In this document: piece by piece, positions 51,401 through 64,000 of the stretch
How positions within the stretch are numbered: the stretch's first letter is position 1
How the letters are laid out: every line of letters begins with the position of its first letter
Assembly (NCBI GenBank): GCA_000182565.2
Contig: KQ257450.1
Strand: one strand, 5' to 3'
Length of the DNA: 64,000 nucleotides
Source: Spizellomyces punctatus DAOM BR117
Lineage: Eukaryota
Notes under the pieces: model-generated
Database searches by the model: none
What the model was told of the DNA's origin: nothing
Seen by the model: only the letters and a program-made list of their open reading frames with translations
Position numbers and translations under genes: made by a program

Positions 51401-54400
51401 TCGTGCGGGATGAAAAGTTGATATTGAGGAGGAAATTCTTGTCGGAAGGTAATCCTCGCAAGAATTTCTGAACAGTCACAGTCTTTGATGTTCCCGTCTC
51501 ACCGACAAACAAGACCGGACGTCTAATGGCAACCAGTTTCTCGAGTAACCACGAGTGTCGGATGGTGTCCATTGTAGGTACCAGGATCTCATGGTATGAC
51601 TGTGAACGATTGTGTTCGTAAGAGGGGACATAGTTGCTCCAGGGTATCCATTGCAGTTCTGTAGCATCAAAGTGGTAATCGTAAATGGACTTTTCGTTTC
51701 CTGGCAATTGACCAAGCGCAATGGCTGCGGCAGTATGCACCAACGGTAATTCGGACAGCTTCTTAATGGCATCCGAGAATTTGGTTCGGTCATCTTCTAC
51801 AAGGCTTGCCCCGATGGACCACGTCAGAGACTGGATGAAAATCCCTTCAATGACCGATTCTTGTGAATGCTGTTTATTGTCCGTTAATTGCATTTCCAAG
51901 AGTGCACAAAGTTGGGAAATCATGGCGAGTGCAGTGACAGGGATGACTCGCTTCAAAGGCTCCGCAACAAACCCTTCAAATGTTCCCTCGAGGACGTACT
52001 CGACGCATGGTGGCACGTACTTTGTAAACAACCGGAGCAGAATATCTCCCTCGGATTTATTCTGCCGTGCATTGACCCATTTTTGAAAATAGGGTTTGTA
52101 CCCGAGATTTTTGGGATCCATGTACACCATTCCACAACGGGATACTGTCGCGGGACTTGCGTACTGCAAATCACCGACCTCGAATAAGAGTGCTGCGTGT
52201 TTCTGGAGTCGAATACGCTCACCGTTGGGTAAGGTCAACAAACGGTTGTCGTCCATGACCGAGTTCATGTTCTCGACCCAAACAGCATCAACATCGCCAT
52301 CAAACACAATGTACTTTCGTTCCTTTTTATCTGTGGGTTTATTAACTTCACGGAAAATGTTGGAGAGCAATCCGTCTGTCCAGTCTCGAGTAACTGGGTC
52401 AAGAACACCGTAGAGTTCCGCGACTGTGACTGCCTTGGCGTTCAGCGTATAGAGCTTGGTTGTCACACCCAGCTTGGTTTGAGCTTTGGCGAGTGTGTCA
52501 ATGACAACGGATTTCCCTCCACCCGCTGGACCAACGACCATGGAAGTGTGACGTGTAAGCATCGTCTCATAAAGCTGCACAACCTTATCCACCTGCTCCG
52601 GAACCAAAATATAATTGTTCTCTCGCAACACCTCTTCGACAGCGTCGTTAAAGTTGGGGTATCTCACACGTGGGCAATCGAGGCCAGGGAAGAGATCCGT
52701 GATAAGCCCAAGGAACAGCGGCACATCTTCAAAGACAAACTTTGGGAGATTCATGTCACGCAGTGCACGCATGAGTACAACGTCTTCATTCAAATCCGGT
52801 GATCCACGCTTGAGAGAGCCAGCCATGACAAGCACGGATTTCAAGGCTCGAAGTCCAAAATCGTAGTGGTGTTGTTTGGATAGTTGACCTTTGGCGAGTT
52901 TATACAAGACCACCATTTTTTTCGCCAAGCTTTTTGCGAGCGTGAACCCTTCTGAAAAGAGCATAATCTCGCAAATCAATTCGAGATCGGGTACCACCAT
53001 GACGACAGGACGGAAAAGAGCTTTCAAGTTATCTGGAAGCTCCGTGCGTCCAGCGTAGCCAGGATTCATGGTAATAAAGATACCCGTCTTTTTATCAAGT
53101 CCAATTTCATTCCCTTCAAACTGAAATCTCTTTAAATTCATCACGAGGGCATTTTGAATGGTCTTGATTTGAGCAGAGATGACAGAAAGGACTGCCAACT
53201 CGATACGATTAAACTCATCAAAACAACCCCACGCACCGGTTTGAACGAGACCAGCAAAGATCTTTCCCATGGCTTGGTAATCCATTCCTTCACCGCAATT
53301 TGTCACCATGCAAAGTAATCCCATTGCTTTGGCCAAATCTTTGACGGTTTCAGTCTTTCCTGTGCCTGCTGGTCCGGCAGGAGCTCCACCCAATTTCATT
53401 GACAGTGCTTGCGTCAAGGTGAGGTAGCATCGATCCGTGAGGGGTGTAATCACCAATCGACCATTCAAACCCATGTATTCATATCCATAGTCGAACACAC
53501 CATTACATTGTCGAACGAGAAGTTCATCGGCTTGTTTATCCCAATAGAATCGAAGTTGGGATTCCCACTCAAATTCAGTTTCATCCATGATAGAGTCACG
53601 AACAAAACGGTCTACAATATCACGAGCATGGACGTCAATGATGATTTGCGAATTGAGTTTTTTGCGATCATTGGAGTTTAGATCGGATCGGACTTTGACG
53701 ACAAGTTGTTCGAGTTGGTCTCCCAGTGTTTTGGCATACTTTTTCATGGCTAGCTTGTTTCCCCCTTTAATCTTGTGAAAGACGTCTTCGACCTCCCATG
53801 TCCACCACACTTGGGAACCAGCAAGGGCTACCATACCCTGGTAAGCCTGGATCCAAGCAAGTCGTTCCATGTCTGGGTAATAGTAGACAGCTTCTTTATG
53901 AATGGTACGATTGGATCGTTTCATTTCAGCTTCAACTGCCGTCATCCACTCTTCTACGCGCCCTTCGACGGGGACAACTCGTCGAAAGTCGAGGGTTTCA
54001 CCTTCGGAAGATGACATGCCTACCACAGCCTTTTCGTTCTTGCCGGTCCCAAAATTCAATTTGAGGACGTTATCAAACATTTTGATAATGTGCTCTTGAA
54101 CGTTTTTGGGATCATGGCTTCCAAGAATAGATAGGAGCTCTTCGTCAGAGATGAAAAAGAAGCGCGGAAAAGCATTTCGTTTGGATTCTAGATAGTCTGA
54201 TAGGGATTTTTGGCAGGCTTCAAGCTCATTTGACAGATTTTGAAGCAGCTGTAACCTTCCTTCGGCATTACATGCCTCTAGTACTAGACTATGTTTCGCA
54301 GTATCGCTCATGAGTTTCTTGAATGTTTTGTCGATACGATCAAATCGGGCCGCTTCTTCAGGTAACTGCATACGGATATCACCCGCTCCAATGAAAATGG

Positions 54401-57400
54401 ATTCCAAGTACATCCAGCGACGTTGAACGACCATCCATACTTCCAATACTTCCCCGACATGGGATAGAATTTTTTCCCATTGTTGTACGGCTGGGAGGAA
54501 GGCAGCGACAAATCGTGATGCACCCATGGATTGAAGTGACATGGCATTATCATCCAGATTCAACACAATCTCGTCAATGGCTCCAAGAATGAATCCTCGG
54601 TCCTCGGTGCCTTTCATATACTTTACAATGGTGAATTTACAATTCTTCCACGTATTTTCCACTTCTTTGATTCCATTTTCGATACCGAGTTCCTTCATGG
54701 CACCACCGACAATCTCCCCAATGGCTTCAGAATGTTCATGTAAATTCATGGCAAAGAGTTTTTCAAGGGTAAAACTGTCTGGATTCATGTCAAAGGATTT
54801 TCCAGTGATTTCCATCAAACGTTTCCAGTGTCGTTCGCGGAGAGCTTCATTTTTGAGATCGGCAAAGAGGGGAATAGAGTCCTTGAAGGTGACGATTTTT
54901 TCGGCTACGACGTTGTAAGGTGGTAATTGTTTAAGTTCCTTTGGTAAACGTTTTAATCTCGTTGAAAAGGTTTCAACACCCTTGTTTAGGACGTTGATAT
55001 CCAGATTGACCCATAGTGTTGTAGACCACGATGATATGGCTTCCTTGACTTCAATATAGAGTACATAAATCTTGTCAAGCTCTTTAATGTCGTTTTCGAG
55101 TTCGTGGAGTTCTGGGTAAGACGTAATGTTCAAATTAAACAATTTCTCGGCTCGGACTAGGGCTTCTCTTTTAGATTGGAGAGCGGCCATGACCTCTTTT
55201 GCTTCCTTTAACAACTGTAACCCACGATCCATATCCAAATCCATTGCACCCGGTCCCGTAGCGGAGAATTCGTCCTTGAATCTTTTGAGCTCAGCTTTGA
55301 ATTCTTTGACTTGGTTTTCAGTTGTTTCCGTGAATTTTCGTTTGACGGGTATAAGGTCATCGTCGACTTGTTTGGCTTTGACTAGCATGGCTTGCCAACT
55401 TTCGGGAAGAGAATTGGCGGCCTCTAGTTCGGCGGGATCAACTTGTATATTGTACATTTGTAACGTCCGATATGCCTCCATGATATCTCTGTACCGCATT
55501 TCAACATCTTCCGAGGCGGATCGTAGCTCTGCAATAATGTTTAGGACAAATGTCAAGTCATCTAATGTCTCGGGAACTCGTTGTAAATCTGCCGTGTAGT
55601 TTGCCATTCGCTCGTGTAGTTGGTCGAGACCTTCTCTTCCCATATTATTCAAATGTTTTCCTGTGAGAGAAAAGTGTCAGTTGAAAAGAATTTGGAGAGC
55701 ATTAACAAATACTCTTTACCAATTGAATCAATCCAGCCTTTTGCTTCGTTATGAATGGCAGCTTGTAACGGTGTCGAGATCACACGGATAAAGTCCAGAT
55801 CTTTGGAACTCGGATTGCTCTGCACGTCTATTGCTAGCTTGGAGTAAAATGCGAGCTTGTCATCATACATGACAACAGACGGCTTTTTTTGTGCAAACTT
55901 TTCCAAGGTGATGACCTGCGGAAGGGCCATGTAAGAACAAACATTACAGGAAAAAGAATCGAAAAAAAAGAACAGATATATAATCTCACCTTGTCAACCT
56001 TCCATAGCGGCCGATACTTTCTCCACGTATCCAGCCACTTGTTCAAACCCCCAAAGGTTTTGGTAATGGAAGCATTCAGAGATCCAATCATGGTAATGAT
56101 CGTTTGATTCGCACACAAGTCGGTATGAAAATTGAATGTCACCGGGTCCTCATCCTCAGCAACCTTTTGCGGTGGTGTAATAATACAAGTACCATTCATC
56201 CATCGATGAAATTGCTTGGTGGAATCAACAATGGATCGCACGAGTTTGACCATCATTTTGAAGATTTCGGCCGAGAGTGGGGATATGACGATTTCGGGGG
56301 CAGAGAGGGAAGCGCTGACTTTGAAAAGTGGGACGCTTCGACGGGGTTTTGTGATGGATGATATATGAATGGCGCGTTTGGAACGACGGGCGTTCGTACG
56401 AAGGTTGAGCATGTTTTCGAGAACTTGCATATTGTTAACTACCATCTAACCATTATAAAAAATTCATTCATTCGCCGTAAATGGTTCGAAAGAAAACACA
56501 AGAAAACGATTTCTTCTTACATAGTTTAATGCAGAAAACACTTTTCTCTCCCAATGTGCATAGTATTCTCGTAGCATCTTGCTTTTCCCCGTATTGGTCC
56601 CTGCAACAAGTGATTCCATTTTAATAAGAAGCGGACCAATGCTCTTGTATTTCTGAACAATGGTCTCAAGAACGTTCGCACGGTTCTTGTGCTCAAACTC
56701 GAAAAATTCCTATAAAATGACAAGGAAACAACGAACAAGTTCTTAGTTTCATTCATAGTATGTTCAAAATGTCAAGGTAAAACTTACATGGGCATCTAGA
56801 ATGTTATCCGTTGGCGGTTCTTTGATGAGCATCGCGCAAGAGATTTGGTCAACTGCATTGGAAATATTGGCAGAATTCTTTCGAATTTGGTTGACCATGG
56901 ACGAAAACTTGTTGATTTCCTATTTTTCCAAAAAATGAGATTATGTTAAGCTCACTTTTGCGAGCGAACGAGTAGTAAGAAACTGCCTGTAGTATACCGA
57001 ATTACACCGGGAGATAAACTCTGGTATTCCAAGCGAGTTCCAATTCAACCTCGTAAAACCAGGTTTCATGACACGCTTGAGTTCTGCAATGTGGGTTTGC
57101 AGTAATTTGCGCTCGGCACTGTCTAGGACATCCAGGATGGAATTGTAGCTATTGAGCATTGTGTTGAGGTTTTCCACATAAGTGTAGTATTTCTCTTCCT
57201 ATTTCGAACAAGATATTCAATTTACAGAACAATCGAGCCCAATTCTGACACATATACTCCATACCTGCAACGCAACATTCAAAGCCACCTCAGGGACAGT
57301 CAACCCCATTTTATCCAAATACTTTGTTTCCTTGATGATATCCCTCAACTCGGGGCGAAAGTTGACATAAACCTTTCGATTCGTTTCGCCTTTTCCGCCC

Positions 57401-59756
57401 GTGTAGGTATCCGGTGTGGTAGGTGCTCCGGTACCCGTGTAAGCCGCTCCAGCGTCTTTGGAGAGAATATGGGATTTGAGGTATTGCAGAGAATTGGCTT
57501 CAACGGACTGACACCACGAATTGTATAGCTGTGTTGGGATTGGTTTGAAAAAAGTATTAGGTTATGGATTTGATTAGACTGCTAGAAACATAAATACAGG
57601 CATAACAAACCTGCTCGTCGTATTCTCGCATCGCTTTTGCTACTGTCAAGTATTTCTTTGTAACCGCTCGACCTTGATCACTTGCGAGCATCTCTGGTGA
57701 AATGTTGTTACAACAAAGTCTTTACCATTCTGAACACATATTGCTTTTCTAATGCTAACCTTGCAAAGACTGAAACCGCACAATCGTCTTTTTGATGCGA
57801 TAAAAGAGGGAGCGGGACCACGCTATGGCACCGGCAACTTTTGGTTGATTTTTCGTACAGGGAGGATTATCCCTAGCATTATAAAAGTTGTTTTTAAAAG
57901 GACCGCACATAGATCACCTCACATCTTTCCAAAAAAAAAAACCACTCACTTGTGACTTTTGAAAATCTCATCAATGATATCCACCTCTCTAGCATATTGA
58001 TCCAGAATTTCATACCACTTGCCCATAAGCTGATTATTGATTGATTCTCTCGATTTAATATTCTTAATATTCTGCAAGAGATCAAAAGCTCCTTCTGCTG
58101 ATCGCAGTTTTTTGAACGAGGCGTCAATGAATTGTTTTGCCATATCTTCAATTTGAACGATTTGCTCTCGAAAGCGGGACATGAGTGTTTCCCAAGCCGT
58201 TTGATACCTGCATCATATCAGAAAAATAAGATGAAATGATACGGGTAAGGCATACGAAATGGGGCGGCCATACTTTTTGGAAAACACATCAAATGGAACG
58301 GATTCAAAGGGGACTACGAGGTTTTCAACGCGTTTGATGACTTCGTCGATTTGCTGTGGATCTCCAGTAACAGCTTTCAATTCTGGTCCAAAGATACTGT
58401 AAAACTGCTCCATAATTTCGGCAATCTTGTAAAAATCCGCACACCGAAGGGCCATGTAATCCGTTTGTTCAAAGAGTTTCTTGCGATCAAATTCCCACCG
58501 CTGATCACGCCCAGATTGTTCAATTCGTTCTCGAACAGTGAAATACGTTTTCCGCCAGCTTTCCAACAAGTCTTTTGCATCGACAATTTTTTTCTTGGCT
58601 TCCACCGGGGGTTCTCGGAATATCGTTCGAATATTCACAATGTTGGCCACCTTGTTTGCCAACTCCCATGCAATTCTGCTCATTAAAGGCACCATCCGCT
58701 CATCCCGATTATAGTGCCGAGAAATAATCCATACCATACGTATAGCATTCAAGAGGGACGGAAGCGAGTCTTGGACGCTGTTGAGACTACCTGTGATAAT
58801 GTTTTTAAAGTGCCGTTCAAGGGTACTAAGGAATTTGACATTGTCTTTTGCTTCCGTGTAAAACTTGTTCAACTCCCCGAGTTGGAATTCGAGGGAGGAG
58901 GATACGGGTGATTGTGCTTTTGTGAGGATTTGTACAATGGAATGTACAATGGGAAGGTTGAGTTGTTCATAGAGAGTGGATAAGGACGCGTTACGGTCTC
59001 GCCAAAACTCAATTTCAGCCAACGGCCCCTAGGTTATACAAGTTGGATCAGCTAAAAAACAATGATGTTGAACAAAGGAACAACTTTGGGCTCGTACGTT
59101 TCCGACCGGCGTCTTTTTGGCTTCCCTTGCCAACACATTGGTCACCGTATCAATCCATTCCTCGGCCAATGTCTCTAATGATTTGACCAGGTTCGTGTTC
59201 CTCACTGCCTCATTTAAATCTGATAGCCCTTGTAGGACATTTAGCTCTTCTGGGATTTTCAGCCTCGTTTCACTGGATACTTGTTGAGCGGTATGAGATA
59301 TTTGACTAGCAAACTTTTGGATAGATACAACGAGCTCAGTTCGGAGTCCCTCGGACTTGTCCGTTCCTGCTGCCCCATTTACAGTTTGCTCGTCAAGTAT
59401 GTGCTCGGAACCGGATACATCGGGCCCTCTTGCATGCGTTGCCGAATCATGCTCATCGCGGAGATCGATTTGACTTAGTAGTGGAATGTAAATTTCAGAT
59501 AAAAGCTGCTCAAGCATGAGCAGGTCGTCGCCAGATGGGTGTAAAGTCTCGATGGGTTTTTGCGGAGGCGACGGTTCGACTTGATTTGGTGCATCTGATG
59601 ATGATTGCGCATTTAAGGCCAGCGTGAAAATTAGCTGTGCCAATGATGACTCTTACCTTGCATACTCTCGGGCACACCTTCCGGCGCATTATCCGGCACA
59701 CTCTCTGGCAAAGGATCTTGTTCCGGCGCATCTTGCACCGAGGGATCCACGTCCAT
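45459..59756 (-). CDS. DNAH10: Axonemal dynein heavy chain, inner-arm I1/f alpha (DNAH10-like); 12 introns in the 5' 4 kb, final exon 10,202 bp; true 5' end uncertain
   Basis: P-loops [24 protein letters not shown] and [16 protein letters not shown], and C-terminus [14 protein letters not shown] characteristic of the DNAH10 clade. 59756 is the most upstream ATG I can join in frame by canonical splicing. Confidence 0.9.
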
Positions 59757-60662
59757 TTCGACCGCTTGGCCTGGAACCACTCTCTACGTTTACCAACTTT
59801 CTTTTGCTTTCCCACTCTGATAGATGTCTGACACGTCGGAGTTGCTTAGATAAGCGAGTCCGGACGCGTGACCTGGACGCGTCTGCTAACTAGCTGCGCA
59901 TTTTCCCACGGCTCCAGGTATAAAAGAGGTGGATACGACATTTCCTGTGTGCTGCTTCTGGAATGCCATTCTGCACACCACGTATGGTATTGTTCATTGC
60001 ACCTGTTACTAAGGGTCGATGCGTCCTATGGATAAGAAATTGCTCTTCATCTGAAAGTGTGACTTTTGTTCTATATGTGGTGTCTGTTTAGTATAACCCA
60101 CAGTCCCTGCTGCCATGAACGTGTCAATAATCAATATGGTAAACAGGAAACGGTGCTGTTACAGTCACGCATATCTTGGTATTTCCTGGGGACCGCAGGG
60201 GGCCTTTGTACAGCGGCTTGCTTAGTATTACATTTAGGGGACCGCGTCCCTCCACCAGAGTGGTAAGTTTAATGTTACATGGGCTTGTCATTACGATGGG
60301 AAATGCCCTTCCACGGTGGTCATCGCCGTCCATCGTGGTCCATCGTCGCCAAGTTCTTTCGCCGAGGGACCGCCGGCGTTTGTCGATTGTCGTTTGTCGT
60401 TCATGGAACTCCCCGTCCATCACATCGACTACACCCCATCCAATGCACATGGCCGCGCTTCAAACAAGAAGAAATGGGACAAGCAGATCGGGATTTCACG
60501 TGAGCCCGTGTGACTGAGACGATCGGTGACCACATGGCCCCCACGGCCTCTGAAAAAACGTGGGCGCCCCCATTTTTGTATTCTGATGCTTTGCTGCGCA
60601 AAATGCGTTTTGGGGAATGACATGTCCCATGCGGATAGTCGGGATAGATAGCTATGCAATTA

Positions 60663-60680
60663 TCTACAAGTACTTGTAGA
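60663..60680. repeat. 18-bp perfect palindrome TCTACAAGTACTTGTAGA in the dynein/GT2 divergent intergenic region
   Basis: The sequence is its own reverse complement. Confidence 0.85.
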
Positions 60681-61478
60681 CCAATCTCTGTAGATACGCA
60701 TGCTGCAAGATTAACCGCCAGAATGATATCGTTATGACATTTGTAGATGGACAGATCTGGTTGAGCATCCTGTCATGGGCAGTCATTTCCTCCGTGCCAA
60801 GCAGCCAAGCAGGGATCTCTTGGTAGGGATGTTAAAGGGAGCCTCCCTCGAAAGGGCGCTGTCGTGGGTTTGTCAATTGGCCATAGTAATGCCACAGGAT
60901 GGCCATAGTGCCTGTGTAGGCGAGCAGGGCCATAGAACATGTCATGGCCTACATGGAATGCAAATTGCTTGGGCATGTTGAAAAGTCGCGGTGCCTCTTG
61001 TTGCTTCGTGTGGGGTGGGCTGTGTGGACGTGCAAAAAAACGTCATATTCTTGGCAAAATCTCTTGTACTCTAGACACCCGCCATGGCCTTCCCTAGCTC
61101 ATAGCCACCCCGTAGTAAACTCTCTTTCTCACAAGCTCTGTCGTTCAAAGCCCCAGAGAGACCCCGCATGTCATTCCCCCCCGTCATAGCCTCGTTCTCT
61201 CGTTTCTCACGTCATTCTCCCATTCTTTTATCTGATAACGAGCCGGGATCTTTCCTTGCCAACTACAGGTTGTGGGGCGCAGTATTACAATTTTTGCACT
61301 AAAATTCATGACATGGGTTCCCATGCCGCTTTCAGAGAGAGAAGAACTCCCAATTTGGGAATGAAACAGATGCATGGATTACGTAATAAGAGCGTTTCAT
61401 AGTGCCAATGCAATGCCAAAACGGACGTTGAACCGCATGGGAAATCTCTCTGTCTACACCTGTTTCCCCCCTTTTTCC

Positions 61479-61840
61479 CCTCTCTCTCTCTCTGTCTCTC
61501 TCTCTCCCAACGAGTACTCGGCCTCTGGTCCGTTTCCTAATTAAACACAACAAGAGGGAACACAACAAAAATGACGCTCAGAAAAAAAAAAAAGAAAGAG
61601 AGAAATTTCCTCTCTGCCTCTCCTTTCCCCCTCTTTATTCACAGTCTCTCTCTCTCTCTTTTTGTAGAGTGTGTGTTGCTCTGTGTGTGTGTAAATTCCC
61701 CCTTGTCTCTCTCTCTCTGTTGTAATTCCTCTCACAGAGACTTTAAAACTTTTTAACGCCAAACGAGCCGCTTTTTCTTTCCATTCTCTCTTCTTCTTCT
61801 TACTCTCTTCACTCTCTCTTCTGTGGGTCTTTCTTCTTCT
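61479..61840. repeat. CT/GT microsatellite-rich, pyrimidine-rich region upstream of the GT2 gene
   Basis: Several (CT)n and (GT)n runs and an A-run at ~61582-61593. Confidence 0.8.
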
Positions 61841-61971
61841 TGAACACCTTTGGCTGTTCATCCTCCTTTTATTCCCACTTTGCAAATAGACGTTTTATTA
61901 TATTAGACATTTTATTAGATTTCCCACATCTTTCACACATACACACTGAACAACGACCAACACACAACAAG

Positions 61972-63887
61972 ATGGACTCACGCAACGCTCCCCGTCCTCT
62001 GGCGAGCGNNNNNNNNNNNNNNNNNNNNNNNNNNNNNNNNNNNNNNNNNNNNNNNNNNNNNNNNNNNNNNNNNNNNNNNNNNNNNNNNNNNNNNNNNNNN
62101 NNNNNNNNNNNNNNNNNNNNNNNNNNNNNNNNNNGGTCGTCACAACCGCCACTACATCATCATCACAGGGTATGCGGTTCCTCCTCCACAAGCACAACAG
62201 GCCTACAGGCCTCTCTCGCCTCAACAGATTGCCGCTGCCCAACATTATCCCCAGTATGGCCATCCCCAGCAAATTCAACCCGCGCATACCGCCCCCGCAG
62301 CCGGCATACCAAACACAGTGGGATGATTCCCGCATCTGAATCCGATGGAACTGTCGTTGAAGACACCCCTGAAGCGCGAGCGGGTCCCGCTTTCCGTGGT
62401 GCGCGTCAAGAGACGGATCCAAAGGCCATTGGTGGATCAAGGAGTAACCCAAATGTGCCAGGCATGTCGTATGCCCTCCTCGAAGAAACGGGAGAGCGCA
62501 CAAACAAGGGAAACACCAAATTCATCATGGCCATTTTGGCTGAAGCTTGGCTCTTTCACTTGATTTTTATTCTGGGTGGGACCTTTTTGCTGACCTTTTA
62601 CGCGTGGGACTTTTCGTACACGGACACGAAATTATGGAACACGTCTTGCTACTGGAAGCTGGGTACGTTTTTTTGCTTGCAGGTAATTGAAATGAAATGA
62701 AATCTAATGCTTTTTATTAAACAGGCTGGCTGTTTCCTTTCCCTTACACACTGATTTGCTTTTTCGGCTTGGTCTTGCCCTTTCGCACACCAAAGTTTCT
62801 CTACGACACGGATATGCCCAAGCGTCGCGTAGACAATTTATACATTCTCACAGTCACAAAAGGTGACAACCGAGAAGCTGTCTACCGTGCCTGGAACGCC
62901 CACAAGCATTTGGAGCGCTTGCACCCTTGTGTTCGTGTCCACGTGTTGACCGACGAGCCCTACTTTTTCGAAAACCTGAATTGTTACACGTGCCCAAAGA
63001 GCTTCCGTACCGCCAACAGCAAGTACAAGGCCCGTGCCCTCGAATGGTACCGTCAAACTATGCGCTTTACAGAGCACGACTGGGTTCTCCACTTGGACGA
63101 AGAGTCTGTTATTGACGACGAGTCGGTCAAGCGCGTGCTTGAATTCATTTGGTACGAACGCGAGTGCACGTGGGGTCAAGGCGTCATCATGTACAACCAG
63201 TACCGCTACTGGTCCAACTGGATCTTTACTGTTGCCGATGCCATCCGTGTCGGAGACGACTTGAGTCGTTTCCACCTCCAGTACACGTACTTTAGGCGTC
63301 CTATTTTCGGTGCTCACGGTTCCTTCTTGTTGACAAATGGTCTCGTTGAAAACTCTGTTACATGGGATTTGGGCTCCTTGACCGAAGATTTCCAATTTGC
63401 CGTCCATGCATGGGAAATGGGTTACAAGTGCGGAAAAGTTCCCGGCATCATTCGTGAACAGTCTCCCATGGACTTGATTGGATTCTTGAAGCAGCGTCGT
63501 AGGTGGTATGTCGGTATTCGCCGTCTCCCTGCCTTTTTGCCCAAACTCTGGAGTTTCTTTTGGACCCTCGGTATCTTTTGTCTATTTTGCACGATTGCCT
63601 CGATCCCGCTCGGTATTTGGCTCGCCAAATCGATTGACGGTGAAAGCGGCAACGACACACCACGGTGGTTTGGCCTCCTCAAGGACTTTTCCTTTGTCGT
63701 ATTTGTTTACCTGTACCTGATTGGCATTATTACTCAAGACTTGGACAAAAAGGTCAATCCCATTATGGCCTTGATCCATATCCCCGCAACCCTGATTCTC
63801 CAATATGTAGCGGGTATTTTGGAAGCACTGAGTGTGGCATATGGTATCATTTTCCCGCCCGCTGACTTTGATGTCATTAAAAAATAG
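61972..63887 (+). CDS. GT2 glycosyltransferase, egghead/BRE-3-like (beta-1,4-mannosyltransferase family); exon 1 spans an assembly gap and a probable 1-nt indel
   Basis: ATG at 61972, intron 62663-62724. KYKARALEW, WVLHLDEES, GQGVIMY, DAIRVGDDLSRF, HGSFLL, SLTEDF, EQSP..LKQRRRW (QxxRW), followed by C-terminal TM helices. Confidence 0.88.
62009..62134. other. Assembly gap (126 N)
   Basis: Run of n characters. Confidence 1.
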
Positions 63888-63904
63888 TTGTGTGTGTGTG
63901 TGTG
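63888..63904. repeat. (TG)n microsatellite just after the GT2 stop codon
   Basis: Direct reading. Confidence 0.85.
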
Positions 63905-64000
63905 ATTTATATTAAGTGTGGACTAGGATGGGATCTTTTATTATCTAGTAGTTTGGGAATTGTAGGTAGAGGGACAAAAAAAATGTATTTGATAAATAGG

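Noticed and set aside
45682-55599. Numerous short overlapping ORFs inside the dynein exon
   Set aside because: They are alternative-frame and antisense by-products of a long coding exon.
59757-60120. Additional upstream dynein exons (e.g. WESKRKLVNVE frame)
   Set aside because: They cannot be joined in frame without assuming another indel; left unresolved.
61840-61971. ORF-track start for the GT2 first exon at 61840
   Set aside because: It is a TTG start in a low-complexity 5' region; the ATG at 61972 is more plausible.

Overview
Eukaryotic, intron-rich genomic DNA (short GT-AG introns, mostly about 55-80 nt). It is almost certainly from a zoosporic (chytrid-type) fungus, because it combines fungal genes (group III and dual hybrid histidine kinases, GH31, DHA2 MFS) with an axonemal inner-arm dynein heavy chain. 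I reconstructed twelve spliced protein-coding genes by hand: a NIK1/Os-1-like poly-HAMP histidine kinase with 12 repeat units, SEC31, an orphan gene whose spliced product carries a PD-(D/E)xK nuclease signature behind a mitochondrial-presequence-like N-terminus, an MFS transporter, a GH31 alpha-glucosidase, a dual hybrid histidine kinase, a copper amine oxidase, an NmrA-like protein, a Kv-beta-like aldo-keto reductase, a bacterial-style 2TM Cache-HAMP class III adenylyl cyclase, a DNAH10-like dynein, and an egghead-like GT2. Best leads: (1) the cryptic, possibly mitochondrial, restriction-fold nuclease, visible only after splicing; (2) the receptor cyclase whose HAMP is split by a 94-aa insert rich in PKA consensus sites; (3) an ascomycete-looking amine oxidase/NmrA pair with a dense GATA-site cluster; (4) the modular exon structure and three indels in the poly-HAMP kinase. 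All family assignments rest on motif recognition only; no database searches were run. No RNA genes, CRISPR arrays or transposons were recognised. There is one assembly gap (62009-62134).
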